Below are positions 40,651 through 51,224 of a stretch of DNA of 64,000 nucleotides, piece by piece. Position numbers and translations under genes: made by a program. The notes under the pieces were generated by a model, which was not told the DNA's origin, ran no database searches, and saw only the letters and a list, made by a program, of their open reading frames with translations. The DNA lies in assembly GCA_937879875.1 (NCBI GenBank), contig CALFMN010000154.1:2071-66070 (forward strand), given 5' to 3'. This stretch comes from an uncultured Chloroflexota bacterium. Lineage in GTDB: Bacteria; Chloroflexota; Dehalococcoidia; CAUJGQ01. How positions within the stretch are numbered: the first letter of the stretch is position 1; each line of letters begins with the position of its first letter.

Positions 40651-40793
40651 CCGCACCTATCCCTGACGGCTGCGCCGTCTGTCCCTTTCCTACAAGGAAA
40701 GGGTTAGTTCGGGGAGATCGGTAGTACTCAGAAAGCCCTTCCCCTGTGGGGAAGGGACAGACTTCGCTTGCGAAGTCAGGGATAGGCGCCGCA
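40651..40793. mobile_element. MITE-like repeat, degenerate short copy E (terminal inverted repeats GCACCTATCCCTGA / AGGGATAGGCGCC)
   Basis: It has the same hairpin architecture as the other copies (GCCCTTCCCCTGTGGGGAAGGGAC, GACTTCGCTTGCGAAGTC) with diverged termini. Confidence 0.45.
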
Positions 40794-40878
40794 TGACCGG
40801 CGGGCGGAAACGGGAGTACCATAGGCCACCAGAGCGCCGACCGCGCCGCTTCAACGGACATTCTTCGAGGAGGCGATC

Positions 40879-42483
40879 ATGACCGCCGCACCGTACGTTG
40901 CGCACGCGCGCCGCAGCATCTGGATGAACGGGCTGGAGTCGGACGAGCCCTCGCCCGCGCAGCGCGCCGAACAGCAGCGGCGCCTCTCCGAACGGCTCGG
41001 CACGAACGTCGAGCTGCCGCCGATCCCGCCGCTCAGCGCGCTGCAGCTACGGGCGCCGCGGATTACGCCGCCCGATGCGCTGGCGCCGTTCTGCTTCACC
41101 GATACCTACGAACGGGCGCTGCACAGCAAGGGCGATCGCCTCGAAGAGATCCGCGGCGTGTTCAAGAACCCGCCCGACATCGTCGCCCACCCGCGCGACG
41201 AGCAGGAACTTGAGGCCGTGCTCGACTGGTGCTCTGCGCAGAGCTACGTGGCGATTCCCTACGGCGGTGGCTCGTCGGTGGTCGACGGCGTGACGCCCCC
41301 GGAGGGCTGCGACGCCGTCGTGACGATCGACATGGACCAGTTCGACCGCGTGTTGGAGATCGACGCGGCCTCGCGCGCGGCGCGCATTCAGGCCGGCGTC
41401 TACGGCCCAGCGCTCGAAGGCCAGTTGCGCCCGCACGGCTTCACACTGCGCCACTTTCCCCAGAGCTTCACCATGTCCACGCTCGGCGGCTGGATCGCCA
41501 CACGCTCCGGCGGCCACTACGCCACGAATCAGACGCACATCGATGAGTTCGTCGAGTCGGCGCGCATGCTGACTCCGGCCGGCTGGTGGGAGGCGCGGCG
41601 GTTGCCCGGCGGCGGCGCGGGACCGGACCCCAACCGCCTCGTCTGCGGCAGCGAGGGCATTCTGGGCATCATCAGCGAGGCCTGGATGCGCATTCAGGCG
41701 CGGCCGCGCTTCCGCGCCACGGCGGGTGTTACGTTTGCGAGCTGGGAAGCCAGCTACGAGGCGGCGCGACGCATCGTGCAGACCAAGCTCTGGCCGGCGA
41801 ACCTGCGCGTGCTTGACCCGAAGCTGGCGCAGGACGCGGCCGGGATGGACGGGCAGCACGCGCTCTTGATCATCGGCTTCGAGTCGGCCGAGGTGCCGCA
41901 GGACTGGCCGATTCGCCAGGCTGTGGCGATCGCGCGCGATGCCGGCGGCCAAATCGAGGACGACGTGCTGATCTCCGGCTCAGGCCAGCCGACCGGCCGT
42001 GGCGGCGCGGTGGGCGCCTGGCGCGACGCGTTCATTCCGGGCAGCGGCGCCGAGATCATGCCGGCGGGCATCGGGCTGGTCAGCGGCACGTTTGAGACCG
42101 CGATCACCTGGGACCGCTGGCCCGCCTTCGACGCAGCCGTGCGCGAGGCGGCACAGCGGGCGCTGAACGAGATCTGCGGCGGCGGCGCGCTCAACTGCCG
42201 CTTCACGCACGTCTACACCGACGGCCCGGCGCCCTACTACACGTTTGCCGGCCTCTACCGCCCCGGCCTGACGCACAGGGACTGGCTGGCGCTGAAGGCG
42301 GCCGCCTCGGACGCGATCATCAAGGCGGGCGGCACGATCACGCACCACCACGCCGTGGGCCGCCAGCACCGCCCCTGGTACGACCAGGAGCGCCCCGACC
42401 CGTTCGCCATTGCATTGCGCGCGGCGAAGAAGGCGCTAGACCCGAACGGCGTGCTCAACCCGGGCGTGCTGATCGATCCGTGA
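40879..42483 (+). CDS. FAD-linked oxidase (FAD_binding_4 + C-terminal domain; alkyl-DHAP synthase/glycolate oxidase-like)
   Basis: VAIPYGGGSSVVDG FAD-binding motif is present. The protein is 534 aa. Confidence 0.85.
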   Translation: MTAAPYVAHARRSIWMNGLESDEPSPAQRAEQQRRLSERLGTNVELPPIPPLSALQLRAPRITPPDALAPFCFTDTYERALHSKGDRLEEIRGVFKNPPDIVAHPRDEQELEAVLDWCSAQSYVAIPYGGGSSVVDGVTPPEGCDAVVTIDMDQFDRVLEIDAASRAARIQAGVYGPALEGQLRPHGFTLRHFPQSFTMSTLGGWIATRSGGHYATNQTHIDEFVESARMLTPAGWWEARRLPGGGAGPDPNRLVCGSEGILGIISEAWMRIQARPRFRATAGVTFASWEASYEAARRIVQTKLWPANLRVLDPKLAQDAAGMDGQHALLIIGFESAEVPQDWPIRQAVAIARDAGGQIEDDVLISGSGQPTGRGGAVGAWRDAFIPGSGAEIMPAGIGLVSGTFETAITWDRWPAFDAAVREAAQRALNEICGGGALNCRFTHVYTDGPAPYYTFAGLYRPGLTHRDWLALKAAASDAIIKAGGTITHHHAVGRQHRPWYDQERPDPFAIALRAAKKALDPNGVLNPGVLIDP

Positions 42484-42488
42484 CCGTC

Positions 42489-42650
42489 GGCCCTCACCCC
42501 CGACCCCTCTCCCAATCCTGGGAGAGGGGCGACCGTGCGGAGTACGACTCGGGCGGCGTCGGGTTAACCGTGTGCTGGTCGGAACGCCCAATGCCCGATC
42601 GTCTCCTTCTCCCAGGATTGGGAGAAGGAGACAGGAGAGGTTTGAGGGCC
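42489..42650. repeat. Hairpin repeat element, family 2, copy F (GGCCCTCA...TGAGGGCC ends; CTCCCAATCCTGGGAGA hairpins)
   Basis: It fills the gap between convergent genes. Two near-perfect hairpins are present, TCTCCCAATCCTGGGAGA and TCTCCCAGGATTGGGAGA. Confidence 0.5.
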
Positions 42651-42656
42651 GAAAGC

Positions 42657-44225
42657 CTACGCGCCCGTCTGGACCGGGGCACTGAGCATCGAGCGGCCCT
42701 GCCGCGCCGAGTTCACGACGAACCACAGCACGCCGAGCACGACCCACACGCCGACGATCAGCAGCGCCTTTTGCCCGTCATCCGCGGTGCTGCCGCCGGA
42801 GGAGAAGGCGATGTAGAAGACGGCGAGCATCATGAAGATGTTCAGGAACGCTCCGGCAAACGGTACGACCTTGTGCCGCAGGAAGTCGCGGTCGCCATGA
42901 CTCCAGAATGCCACCAGTGTCACCAGGCAGGTGAAGCCGTAGAGGATGAACGTGCCCACGTTTGAGGCGAGCGTGATCTGCACGAGGTTGTCCGCGCTGC
43001 GCACACCGTACGCGCCGAACAGAGCCGACACCACCACCATCGACACCACACCCCAGTGCGGCGTGGCGTACCTGCCGTGCAGGAAGCCGAGCAGGCCTGG
43101 CATCTCCTTGTCGCGGCCCATCACATAGGTGATGCGCACGCCGGTGTTCATGGCGGAGAGAATGCTCCCCACCAGCGCCAGCACGACCGTGACTGCCACG
43201 ATCGTCGCGAGGGCAACACCGAGATTGCTGAACCAGTGGTCGCCCATGTACTTCACAAAGTCGCCCAGCGGCGAGCCGGACTGTGCCGCGGCCGCATAAC
43301 CGGCGACCACGGCGCCCTTCGCCGCCCCCGCCGAGGTATCCGGCGCCGAAATCTGCTTGCCGATAAAGTAGTTCGCGGCGAAGTACTCGAACAGGTAGGC
43401 GAAAACGCCCTGGATCGTCAGTGAGAGCAGGATCGCCTGGCGGATGTGGCGCTTCGGGTTCTTCGCCTCGGCGCCCAGTGCGGTCACGGACTCGAAGCCG
43501 ACTAAGAGCAAGATCGCGATCGTGCCCTGATAAACGACATTGGTGAAATGGTGCGGCGTGAGCACGTCGATCACGCTGCTATGCTCGTATTGAATGCTGC
43601 CATGCGCGGCGCGGAAAACGATCGCCAGCACCGATACAGCGAGCAGTGTGACGAGCTGGATCACGTTGATCGCCAGCGCCGTCATCGTCGAGCCGTTGAT
43701 GCCGCGGAAGGCGATGAAGCCGATCAGTGCGGCGGAAACCACTGCGATCAACATCTGGATGTTGATATCAACAGCCGTCGAACTGTAGAGGCCCACGACG
43801 TAGACGATCAGCGTGGCGATGAAGGCGACGAGAATGCCGGGGTAAACCCAGTAGTAGAGGTGCGAGATCCAGCCAGCCGTCATCTTGGCCGCGCGTGCCC
43901 ACCGCTGATGGTGCGCCTTCTCCTTGTCCAGGAAGGCAGCCTCGGCGAAGTAGTATGACGAGCCGGCGCCGGCCCGCGGGTAAAGGTTCGCCAGTTCGGA
44001 GTAGCAGAGCGCGGTGAGAAACGCGATCGCGATCGAGGCGATCAGCGCAAACCACATATCGGAGGCCGTGCTGCTCGATCCGTTCGCCAGCGTCGCCTGC
44101 GCCTGGAACGTGGTCCAGAGGAAGGCGCCGGGCGCGATCAGCGCCATCGCGTTCACGGTCAGGCCGGTCAGACCGAGGGTTGGTCGCGGTCCCTCTTCGG
44201 ACGCCGCCGGGGGATTTGCCGCCAT
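42657..44225 (-). CDS. APC-family amino-acid permease
   Basis: It has 12 TM helices, about 522 aa, and a typical APC N-terminus. Confidence 0.85.
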   Translation of the reverse strand: MAANPPAASEEGPRPTLGLTGLTVNAMALIAPGAFLWTTFQAQATLANGSSSTASDMWFALIASIAIAFLTALCYSELANLYPRAGAGSSYYFAEAAFLDKEKAHHQRWARAAKMTAGWISHLYYWVYPGILVAFIATLIVYVVGLYSSTAVDINIQMLIAVVSAALIGFIAFRGINGSTMTALAINVIQLVTLLAVSVLAIVFRAAHGSIQYEHSSVIDVLTPHHFTNVVYQGTIAILLLVGFESVTALGAEAKNPKRHIRQAILLSLTIQGVFAYLFEYFAANYFIGKQISAPDTSAGAAKGAVVAGYAAAAQSGSPLGDFVKYMGDHWFSNLGVALATIVAVTVVLALVGSILSAMNTGVRITYVMGRDKEMPGLLGFLHGRYATPHWGVVSMVVVSALFGAYGVRSADNLVQITLASNVGTFILYGFTCLVTLVAFWSHGDRDFLRHKVVPFAGAFLNIFMMLAVFYIAFSSGGSTADDGQKALLIVGVWVVLGVLWFVVNSARQGRSMLSAPVQTGA

Positions 44226-44279
44226 ATGCTCCTCCTTCTACTCGCTACTCGGGCTAATCGTGAACAGGGAACAGACGGC

Positions 44280-44729
44280 CTAATGCCGCCCGCCCGCGGT
44301 GCGCAGCCGCCGCCGCCTCGCCACGCCGCTGCCGGTTCGCGCCGGTGGCGCGAAGCTGATCGGCGCGGCCGCTGTACGTTGCGGCGTCGGGCGGGTGCCG
44401 AGCCGCGCGGCCAGCCAGAACGCGGCCAGACTGCCGGCAATACCCAGTGCCGTGGCGATGCCGCCAAGCGCGCCGTAGCCGCTGGAGACGCGCCAGAGTA
44501 CGACCGCGTAGATGCTGAGCGCGGCGGCGGGCAAATGCTTCCACGCCGTGCGTGGGGGGCCAGAGAGGTAATAAAACGCGAGCAGCGGCATCGCCGCCGC
44601 CCAGAGCAGCGGGTAGACGGCGGTTTTAATGTGAAGCAGGGCAAATGACCAGGAGATGCCCAGCGCCATCGTCGCACCGATCAGCGCTGCGCTGCGCAGT
44701 TTCACCAATGTTGTCTGTTGAATCCGCAT
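44280..44729 (-). CDS. Small hypothetical membrane protein upstream of permease
   Basis: It has 3-4 hydrophobic helices and is co-directional with the permease, from which it is separated by 55 bp. Confidence 0.4.
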   Translation of the reverse strand: MRIQQTTLVKLRSAALIGATMALGISWSFALLHIKTAVYPLLWAAAMPLLAFYYLSGPPRTAWKHLPAAALSIYAVVLWRVSSGYGALGGIATALGIAGSLAAFWLAARLGTRPTPQRTAAAPISFAPPARTGSGVARRRRLRTAGGRH

Positions 44730-45063
44730 CGTTTCTCCGTTGCTGCGATGCAACACACCGCGAAAATGAAGCGCAGCCTACGCCGCAGCTTCACGGACGC
44801 ACCGATCGCTGCTCATCATCACTGGCTACAGTGACCCCATCTTCACGGTCAGCAGTTTCACCAGTGTGTCCCCAATGTGAAATCTATGTTTCTGCACGGT
44901 GGAAGCACCCGTGCTGATTCGCTTCCACCATAACGATCTTCTGGCTGAGCCTTACCGCAACTCCGTGCATTTCCAGCGGATTTCGCGATCGTTGCTCGAG
45001 TGTTTCGGATTGCCGGTGTTCTGCCTGGTGCGCCGGTGGAGACCGGAGCGGTGGAGACGCGCT

Positions 45064-45346
45064 GGGGCACCTACCCCCGCTTTCGCTTCAGCGAAAGCTG
45101 TTGTTGGAAGTCTCCGACGGTTGCGCTGCGGTCATCGGAAGTCTCCGACGGTTGCGCTGCGCTCTGGCCCGACACGGGAAGGGTTGGTTCCAGGACACAC
45201 TATCGGGTTGGAGGTCAGACCGCCGCATATCCCACAGGGGCACCACAACCCCGCCGCCGTCGCACTGAGTATGGAGCGCTCCAGAAGTCCCTTTCCCGCC
45301 TCGGGAAGGGACAGACGCCGCTTGCGGCGTCAGGGTTAGGTGCCCG
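45064..45346. mobile_element. MITE-like repeat, copy B
   Basis: Left end is GGGGCACCTACCCCC and right end is TCAGGGTTAGGTGCCC. Internally it carries a 24-nt tandem duplication (GGAAGTCTCCGACGGTTGCGCTGCG x2) and the GGAGCGCTCC palindrome. Confidence 0.55.
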
Positions 45347-45616
45347 CTACGCCGGCCAGGCTTGGATCGACCGGCGCGGGTATGCGAACAGCGCCACAGG
45401 GAGAATCTACTATCGTGGCGCGAGCCATACTGCGGCAAACCCGGTCAACCTACTGCGCGGAGGCGGCAGCGACCGTATGCGCGCTAAAGATCCACCGCGC
45501 CGGAACGATACTTGAGGCGAGATGTTGCGGTACTCTTGCAGCGCGGACCGCGGCGCGGTCGGCTTGCGCAAACGCCCGGTTACGATGTGGTTATGTGATA
45601 ATGAGGCCCGACGCCC

Positions 45617-47863
45617 ATGACGACAACGGCCAGCGAAGCAGATGCGACGGAGGAGTTCTTGGCCTCCGAGCCCCCGCAGCAAGAGCCCTTTGTGCCGGCG
45701 ATGCACCAGGCCGTACGGCTCCTTGCACTGCACGAGCTGGCGCTGGACGCAGCGTTGGTGCACTCCACACCAGAACTCGGCGAACGCATCGTCGACGCGG
45801 CGCTGCGCATCAGCGAGGCTGAAAGCGCATCGGTCTATTTATGGGAACCGGTCGAAGGGCTGTTGCGCGCCGTGGCCCATGGCGGCGACGCCACGCCGCT
45901 CCCACCGGAAAGTGTGCAGCCCGGACAGGGCATTACCGGCACCGTCTGGCAGCTCGGCGCGCCGCTGATGGTGGATGTTTTCGATGGCGATGACGCCGTG
46001 GGTCGCACGGGCCTGCGCGCCACACTCGCCGCGCCACTCGAGGCCGGCACGCAAAAGCTCGGCGTCGTGATCGTGCGCCGCTACGCACCGGGCGCCGCTT
46101 TCTCCGCCGAAGATACCCGCATGCTCAGCCTGCTCGCCGCGCAGGCCGGGCATCTGCTCTCGCGCCGTGCGGCAGAGGAGCAGGTGCGCGCCAGCGAAGC
46201 GCGCTTCCGCGCCCTGGTGGACTACAGTTCCGACATCATCCTCGTGCTCGACCCGATCGGCACGATCACCTTCTTGAGCCCCGCCGCCGAGCGCAGCATC
46301 GGCCGGCCCGCGGAGCGCCTGCTCGGCAGCAGCGTCTTCGAGACGATCCACCGCGAGGACGCGGAGCGCCTGCACAGCGCCCTGGACGAGGTTTCGGCAA
46401 CCGTCGGGCACCAGCGTACGGTCGAGTATCGCCAGCAGACCGGCGACGGCGCCTGGGTGTATATCGAGGCGATCCTGCGCAACTCGCTGGACGACGCCAA
46501 CGTGGACGGCATCATCGTCACCGCGCGCGATATCACCACCCGCAAGCAGGTTGAGGAACTGTTGCAGCACCAGGTGCTGCATGACGCGCTCACCGGCCTG
46601 CCGAATCGCACGCTGCTGCAGGATCGCTTGCAGCACGCCATCCGCCTGGCCTACCGGCAGCGCTCGCCGCTGGCCCTGCTCTTCCTTGATCTCGACCAGT
46701 TCAAGGAAGTCAACGACCGCTTCGGCCATCACGCCGGCGACCAGCTCTTGCAGCAGGCCGCGCCGCGCCTGCAAAGCGCCCTGCGCGACTCGGATACGCT
46801 GGCGCGGCTGGGCGGCGACGAATTCGCCGTCGTGCTGCCGGGGGCGCGCAGCGCTGATGCCGAAGTTGTAGCGCAAAAAATCGTGCGCGCCTTCGAGCAG
46901 CCGTTCGTGATCGACGGCCGCCACATCACGATGCACGTGAGCACGGGCATCGCGCTGTTCCCCGACCACGGCGCCGATGCGGAGACGCTGGTGCGTCACG
47001 CCGATCTGGCGATGTACGCCGCCAAGCGCAGCGGCAGCGACACCGCTCGCTACGGCGAGCCCGAAGAACTGGAAGACCCGAACCGGCTGGCGCTGCTTTC
47101 CGAGTTGCGCCGCGCTCTGGCCCAGCGCTGGCTGCTGCTGCACTATCAGCCCGTCGTGGAGATGCCCTCCGGCCGCATCATCCGGGCGGAGGCGCTGGCG
47201 CGCTGGCAGCACCCGGAGCGCGGCCTGCTGATGCCCGACCAGTTCATTCCCCTCGCCGAGCAGGCGGGGCTGATCGCGCCACTGACCCGCTGGGTGTTGG
47301 CTACGGCGCTGCGCCAGTGCCGCGCCTGGCGGCTGGAGGGGCTGGAACTGGGCGTCACCGTCAACCTGTCGCCCCGGCTCGGCTACAACTCGCTGCTCTC
47401 CGACACGCTCACGACGCTGCTCTCGCACCTGGAAGTCGATCCGGGCTGGCTGACGTTCGGCATCACCGACGGTGGTGTAGCGGAAGACCTGCGCCGCGCC
47501 GTGGCGATGCTGGAGCAGCTCGATGCGGCGGGCGTGCGCCTCTCCGTCGAGGGCTTCGGCTCCAGCCAGTTCACGCAGCCGCACCTGGCGCAGCTCGGCG
47601 TGGACGAGATCAAGATCGACCGGGCTCTCGTCGGACGCATGGTCTTCGACCACTCCGCGCTCGCCGTCGTGCGTTCCGTGATCGAGCTGGTGCACGGCGC
47701 CGGGCTGGTCGTGGTGGCCGAAGGCGTGGAGAATCAGGAGACCTGGGACGCGCTGCTGGCACTGGGCTGCGACGCGGCGCAGGGCTTCTTCGTCGGCCGG
47801 CCGATGCCCGCCGGCATGCTGGCGGCGCGCGTCCACGAGCAGTTGCGGGCGCGGCCCTCATAG
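45617..47863 (+). CDS. GAF-PAS-GGDEF-EAL cyclic-di-GMP turnover protein
   Basis: GGDEF is literally present (LARLGGDEFAVV). EAL (RAEALARW) and downstream DDFGSG-like/EGVE motifs are present. A GAF domain and a PAS domain lie N-terminal. Confidence 0.9.
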   Translation: MTTTASEADATEEFLASEPPQQEPFVPAMHQAVRLLALHELALDAALVHSTPELGERIVDAALRISEAESASVYLWEPVEGLLRAVAHGGDATPLPPESVQPGQGITGTVWQLGAPLMVDVFDGDDAVGRTGLRATLAAPLEAGTQKLGVVIVRRYAPGAAFSAEDTRMLSLLAAQAGHLLSRRAAEEQVRASEARFRALVDYSSDIILVLDPIGTITFLSPAAERSIGRPAERLLGSSVFETIHREDAERLHSALDEVSATVGHQRTVEYRQQTGDGAWVYIEAILRNSLDDANVDGIIVTARDITTRKQVEELLQHQVLHDALTGLPNRTLLQDRLQHAIRLAYRQRSPLALLFLDLDQFKEVNDRFGHHAGDQLLQQAAPRLQSALRDSDTLARLGGDEFAVVLPGARSADAEVVAQKIVRAFEQPFVIDGRHITMHVSTGIALFPDHGADAETLVRHADLAMYAAKRSGSDTARYGEPEELEDPNRLALLSELRRALAQRWLLLHYQPVVEMPSGRIIRAEALARWQHPERGLLMPDQFIPLAEQAGLIAPLTRWVLATALRQCRAWRLEGLELGVTVNLSPRLGYNSLLSDTLTTLLSHLEVDPGWLTFGITDGGVAEDLRRAVAMLEQLDAAGVRLSVEGFGSSQFTQPHLAQLGVDEIKIDRALVGRMVFDHSALAVVRSVIELVHGAGLVVVAEGVENQETWDALLALGCDAAQGFFVGRPMPAGMLAARVHEQLRARPS

Positions 47864-47921
47864 CCCTCTTCGCCGGCTCTCCCATCCGCGCGAGAAGCCG
47901 GAAGCGGCACGGCGGGCCGGC

Positions 47922-50912
47922 TTAGCGTCGGTCCTTCAGCAGTTGCAGCCCAGTCGCCAGCGCCCCGAACGCGACGACGAAGCCGATCAAAATCACCCAG
48001 CGGCTGATCGCCGCGCCGTCGATGGCGGCGGTCTGCGGGAACTGCTCCGGGATAATCGCCAGCTTCACCACGCCCAGCACGCGCCCCAGCGCCTCATATG
48101 TCCAGCGCGTCGTCACCAGCGCGGCCAGCGGCTGCGCCGGGCCAAGATCCTTCACCGGCTGCAGGAGGCCGCTGAAGAGGATCTGCGGCAGCATGATCAG
48201 CGGCGCGGCGAACACGGCGCGGTCGGGATTCGAAACCCCGGCCGAAACCGCGAGGGCGAGCGCGACCGACGCCGCCCCGCCCAGGGCCAGCGACAACCAG
48301 GCGCCGGTCAGCCCGCTTGCCCCGCCCGGAAAATGAATGCGCAGCGCCGTGATGCCGATCAGCAGCGTCGACTGTACGACGATCAGCGCGAACAATACCG
48401 CGAACTTCGAAGCGACGTACGGAAAGACGCGCAGATTGACTACGCGCTCGCGCCGGTAGATGGCGTCCTCCTTCGAGATCTCGCGGATCGCGTTGAGCGT
48501 GCCGAGCCAGACGATCATCGCGGCCAAAATCAGTGCGAGCTGTGTGGCTTTGCCGGCGTTCGTATTGCCGTTACCGCTTGCCAGATCGCAGTCGCCGCTG
48601 AGGCCGAGCGCGGCGATGCGTGTCGGGCTGCAGTCCGGCCCGGTCACGGCGAGCAGCGTCGCATGTGAATCGACACCGCTGATCGCGCCGGTCCTCGGAT
48701 CAGGCGTCACGGGCCGCAGGACGCCATTGTCCTTGGCGAACACGAGCACGCCGCTCGGACGTGTGAAGACCGCGGGCTTGAACAGCAACCAGAGGAAGAG
48801 CGCGAAGATCGGCGCCTGCAGGAGCAGGATCAGCAGGTTCTTGCGATCGTTCAGCACGATATTGGCGTAGCGCCGCGTCAGGATCTGGAGCTGGCGCCAG
48901 GCCACGGGCTGCGGCCGGTGCTTGCCCGGACCGGCCGTTTCGCGGCGCGGCTGCTGCGGCGCCAGGGCGGCGGCGGCGCCCTGCGGATGCTCCAGCCGCG
49001 CCTGGATCTCGTACTGATAGAAGGGCGACGCCTGGAACGACTGTTCCCACTCCTCCGGCGATCGCGTGTTCTCGATCAGGTCGTAGATATCCTCGAACTC
49101 GGCCACTCCGAAGTAATCGAGCGCGGCCCGCGGCGGACCGAAGTAGGCGATGCGGCCGCCACGCGCCAGAAAGAGCGCCTTGTCGCAGAGCGAGACGTTG
49201 CGCGTGGCGTGGGTGATCAAGAGCACCGTGCGGCCCTGGTCGGCGAGCTGGCGCAGCAGCGCCATCATGCGCGTTTCCGTGCCCGGATCCAGGCCCGAGG
49301 TCGGCTCGTCCAGGAAGAAGAGCGGCGGGCTGGTCAGCAGCTCCACGCCGATGCTGACGCGTTTGCGCTGGCCGCCGCTCAGGCTGGCCACGATCGTCTG
49401 GCGCTGGCGCTGCAAGCCCAGCTCCTCGATCACCTCGTCCAGACGGGCGGCGCGCTCGGCGGGCGTCACGTCTTCCGGCATGCGCAGCTGCGCGGCGTAG
49501 TCCAGCGCTCGCTCGACGCTCAACTCCTTGTGGATGATGTCGTCCTGCGGCACATAGCCGATCTGTGCGCGCAACGAGTCGAAATGGTCGTAGAGCGAGA
49601 AGCCGTTCAGCAAGACCTGCCCGCTGGTCGCGGGCCGCAGGCCGCTGAGCGCGCCCAGCAGTGTCGACTTGCCCGCGCCCGAGACGCCGACCACGGCCAC
49701 GAACTCGTGCGGCTGGACGACGAGCGTGATGTCCTGCAGGATCGCCGTGCCCTTGCCGACGAGCTTGCGCAGGTTGAGCGCCTCCAGCAGGATGCCCGTC
49801 GTCTCGTCGAAGTGCTCGATCTCACCCTGGCGCACCGTCAGGCGGTACGGCCCGATGCGAATCACGTCGCCTTCGCGCAACTGGCGCTCGGCGATCGCCT
49901 CGCCGTTGACGTAGGTGCGGTTGGTGCTCTTGAGGTCGCTGATCACCCAGGGCGCATCGGCGGCGGCGCGGACGACGACGGCGTGCTCGCGCGACACCTG
50001 CGGCGACGGCAGCACGAGGTCGTTGCTGGCAACGCGGCCGACGGTAATCCGCGCCGCGCCGGGCTCGTGCGGTACCACGCGCGGCCGTGTATCGCTGCCG
50101 GGCGGAAGCGGTCCCGGTGCGAGCGGCGGCGCGCTGCCCCCGCGAGCCGGCTCGATCGCGGCAGTAGTGCCGAGCATGCTGGCAGAAGCGGGCGCCGGCT
50201 GCGGCTCGGCGCCGCTCTCTCGACGAAGTGCCTGGGTCACCGCGTCCGGATCGGTCGTGCCGCCCGGCGCCGCGACGAGCGTCTGCGGATCATCGGCGCG
50301 CAGGGCGAAGGTGATGGTCACAGCGCCGGAGAGCTGGAACGTTTCACCGTCGTTGAGCAGCGCTTCTTCGACCGGCTGGCCGTTGATCGAGGTGCCGTTG
50401 CGGCTGTGCAGATCGACGACCTCCCAGCGCTCGCCCCGCCGGCGCACCACCGCGTGATGCACCGAGACGGTCGGCAGATCGATGGGAATGTCGTTAGTGT
50501 TGCCGCGGCCGATCGTCACCTCATCGCGCTGCATGCGCACGCTGAAGCGACGGTTGGGCGTGTGGACGTAGAGCACGGGCCGGAAGTCGGTGTTCGTCGC
50601 GGTTGCCGGGCGTGCGGCCATGGCCGGCGCCTTCAGCGTGAGCTGAAACGAGCCGATGCCGATACGATCGCTGGGGCCGACCTCGGCCGTTTCGCTGCGC
50701 AGCACGCGTCCGTTCAGCGTCGTGCCGTTGGCGCCGCCCAAGTCTTCGACGAAGATCGACGCGGCCCGGCGCACGATGCGGGCGTGATGGCGCGAGACGC
50801 TCGCATCGGCCAGCACCAAATCGTTGTCGGTGGAGCGGCCGACGGTGATGTCGTCCTTGTCGGACGCCTCCTGGCGGGCGTCTCCGTCGCGTTCGATCAG
50901 CAGTTCGAGCAT
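47922..50912 (-). CDS. FHA(x3)-ABC ATPase-ABC-2 permease fusion (ABCG-like half transporter), paralogue 1
   Basis: Three FHA cores are VGRSTDNDLVL...GTTLNG, IGRGNTNDIPI...GTSING and VGRVASNDLVL...RTYVNG. Walker A is GVSGAGKST, the signature is LSGGQRKRVSIG, and Walker B is LFFLDEPTSGLD. A 6-TM ABC-2 domain is C-terminal. Start was taken at MLELLIERDG. Confidence 0.85.
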   Translation of the reverse strand: MLELLIERDGDARQEASDKDDITVGRSTDNDLVLADASVSRHHARIVRRAASIFVEDLGGANGTTLNGRVLRSETAEVGPSDRIGIGSFQLTLKAPAMAARPATATNTDFRPVLYVHTPNRRFSVRMQRDEVTIGRGNTNDIPIDLPTVSVHHAVVRRRGERWEVVDLHSRNGTSINGQPVEEALLNDGETFQLSGAVTITFALRADDPQTLVAAPGGTTDPDAVTQALRRESGAEPQPAPASASMLGTTAAIEPARGGSAPPLAPGPLPPGSDTRPRVVPHEPGAARITVGRVASNDLVLPSPQVSREHAVVVRAAADAPWVISDLKSTNRTYVNGEAIAERQLREGDVIRIGPYRLTVRQGEIEHFDETTGILLEALNLRKLVGKGTAILQDITLVVQPHEFVAVVGVSGAGKSTLLGALSGLRPATSGQVLLNGFSLYDHFDSLRAQIGYVPQDDIIHKELSVERALDYAAQLRMPEDVTPAERAARLDEVIEELGLQRQRQTIVASLSGGQRKRVSIGVELLTSPPLFFLDEPTSGLDPGTETRMMALLRQLADQGRTVLLITHATRNVSLCDKALFLARGGRIAYFGPPRAALDYFGVAEFEDIYDLIENTRSPEEWEQSFQASPFYQYEIQARLEHPQGAAAALAPQQPRRETAGPGKHRPQPVAWRQLQILTRRYANIVLNDRKNLLILLLQAPIFALFLWLLFKPAVFTRPSGVLVFAKDNGVLRPVTPDPRTGAISGVDSHATLLAVTGPDCSPTRIAALGLSGDCDLASGNGNTNAGKATQLALILAAMIVWLGTLNAIREISKEDAIYRRERVVNLRVFPYVASKFAVLFALIVVQSTLLIGITALRIHFPGGASGLTGAWLSLALGGAASVALALAVSAGVSNPDRAVFAAPLIMLPQILFSGLLQPVKDLGPAQPLAALVTTRWTYEALGRVLGVVKLAIIPEQFPQTAAIDGAAISRWVILIGFVVAFGALATGLQLLKDRR

Positions 50913-50970
50913 GGTCCGTCCATGATAGTCGTCACGATTCTGAAGGTCATCTGGCAACGTCGGCGGCGCA

Positions 50971-51178
50971 GGGCACCTAACCCCGCCGCGCCTGAAGGCA
51001 CGTCTCCCTTCCCGACACGGGAAGGGTTGGTCCGAGGATGGGTGAGAGCCCGCCGCGCGTCCCACAAGGACACCCCGGCTCCGCCGCCGTCCGCCGTCGG
51101 CGGGAACGCTCCAAAAGTCCCTTCCAGTTTCGGGAAGGGACAGACCTGGCTTCAGCCAGGGCAGGGTTAGGTGCCCCG
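50971..51178. mobile_element. MITE-like repeat, copy C, between FHA-ABC paralogues 1 and 2
   Basis: GGGCACCTAACCCC...GCAGGGTTAGGTGCCCC ends are present, with internal GTCCCTTCCAGTTTCGGGAAGGGAC hairpins. Confidence 0.6.
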
Positions 51179-51224
51179 CCCAGCGGCCAGCGTTCGCCCC
51201 ATTGCCGCGATCGACGGTCAGCCC

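Noticed and set aside
41047-41952. 301-aa minus-strand ORF
   Set aside because: It is antisense to the FAD-linked oxidase.
45839-47836. 665-aa minus-strand ORF
   Set aside because: It is antisense to the GGDEF-EAL gene, whose motifs are unambiguous.
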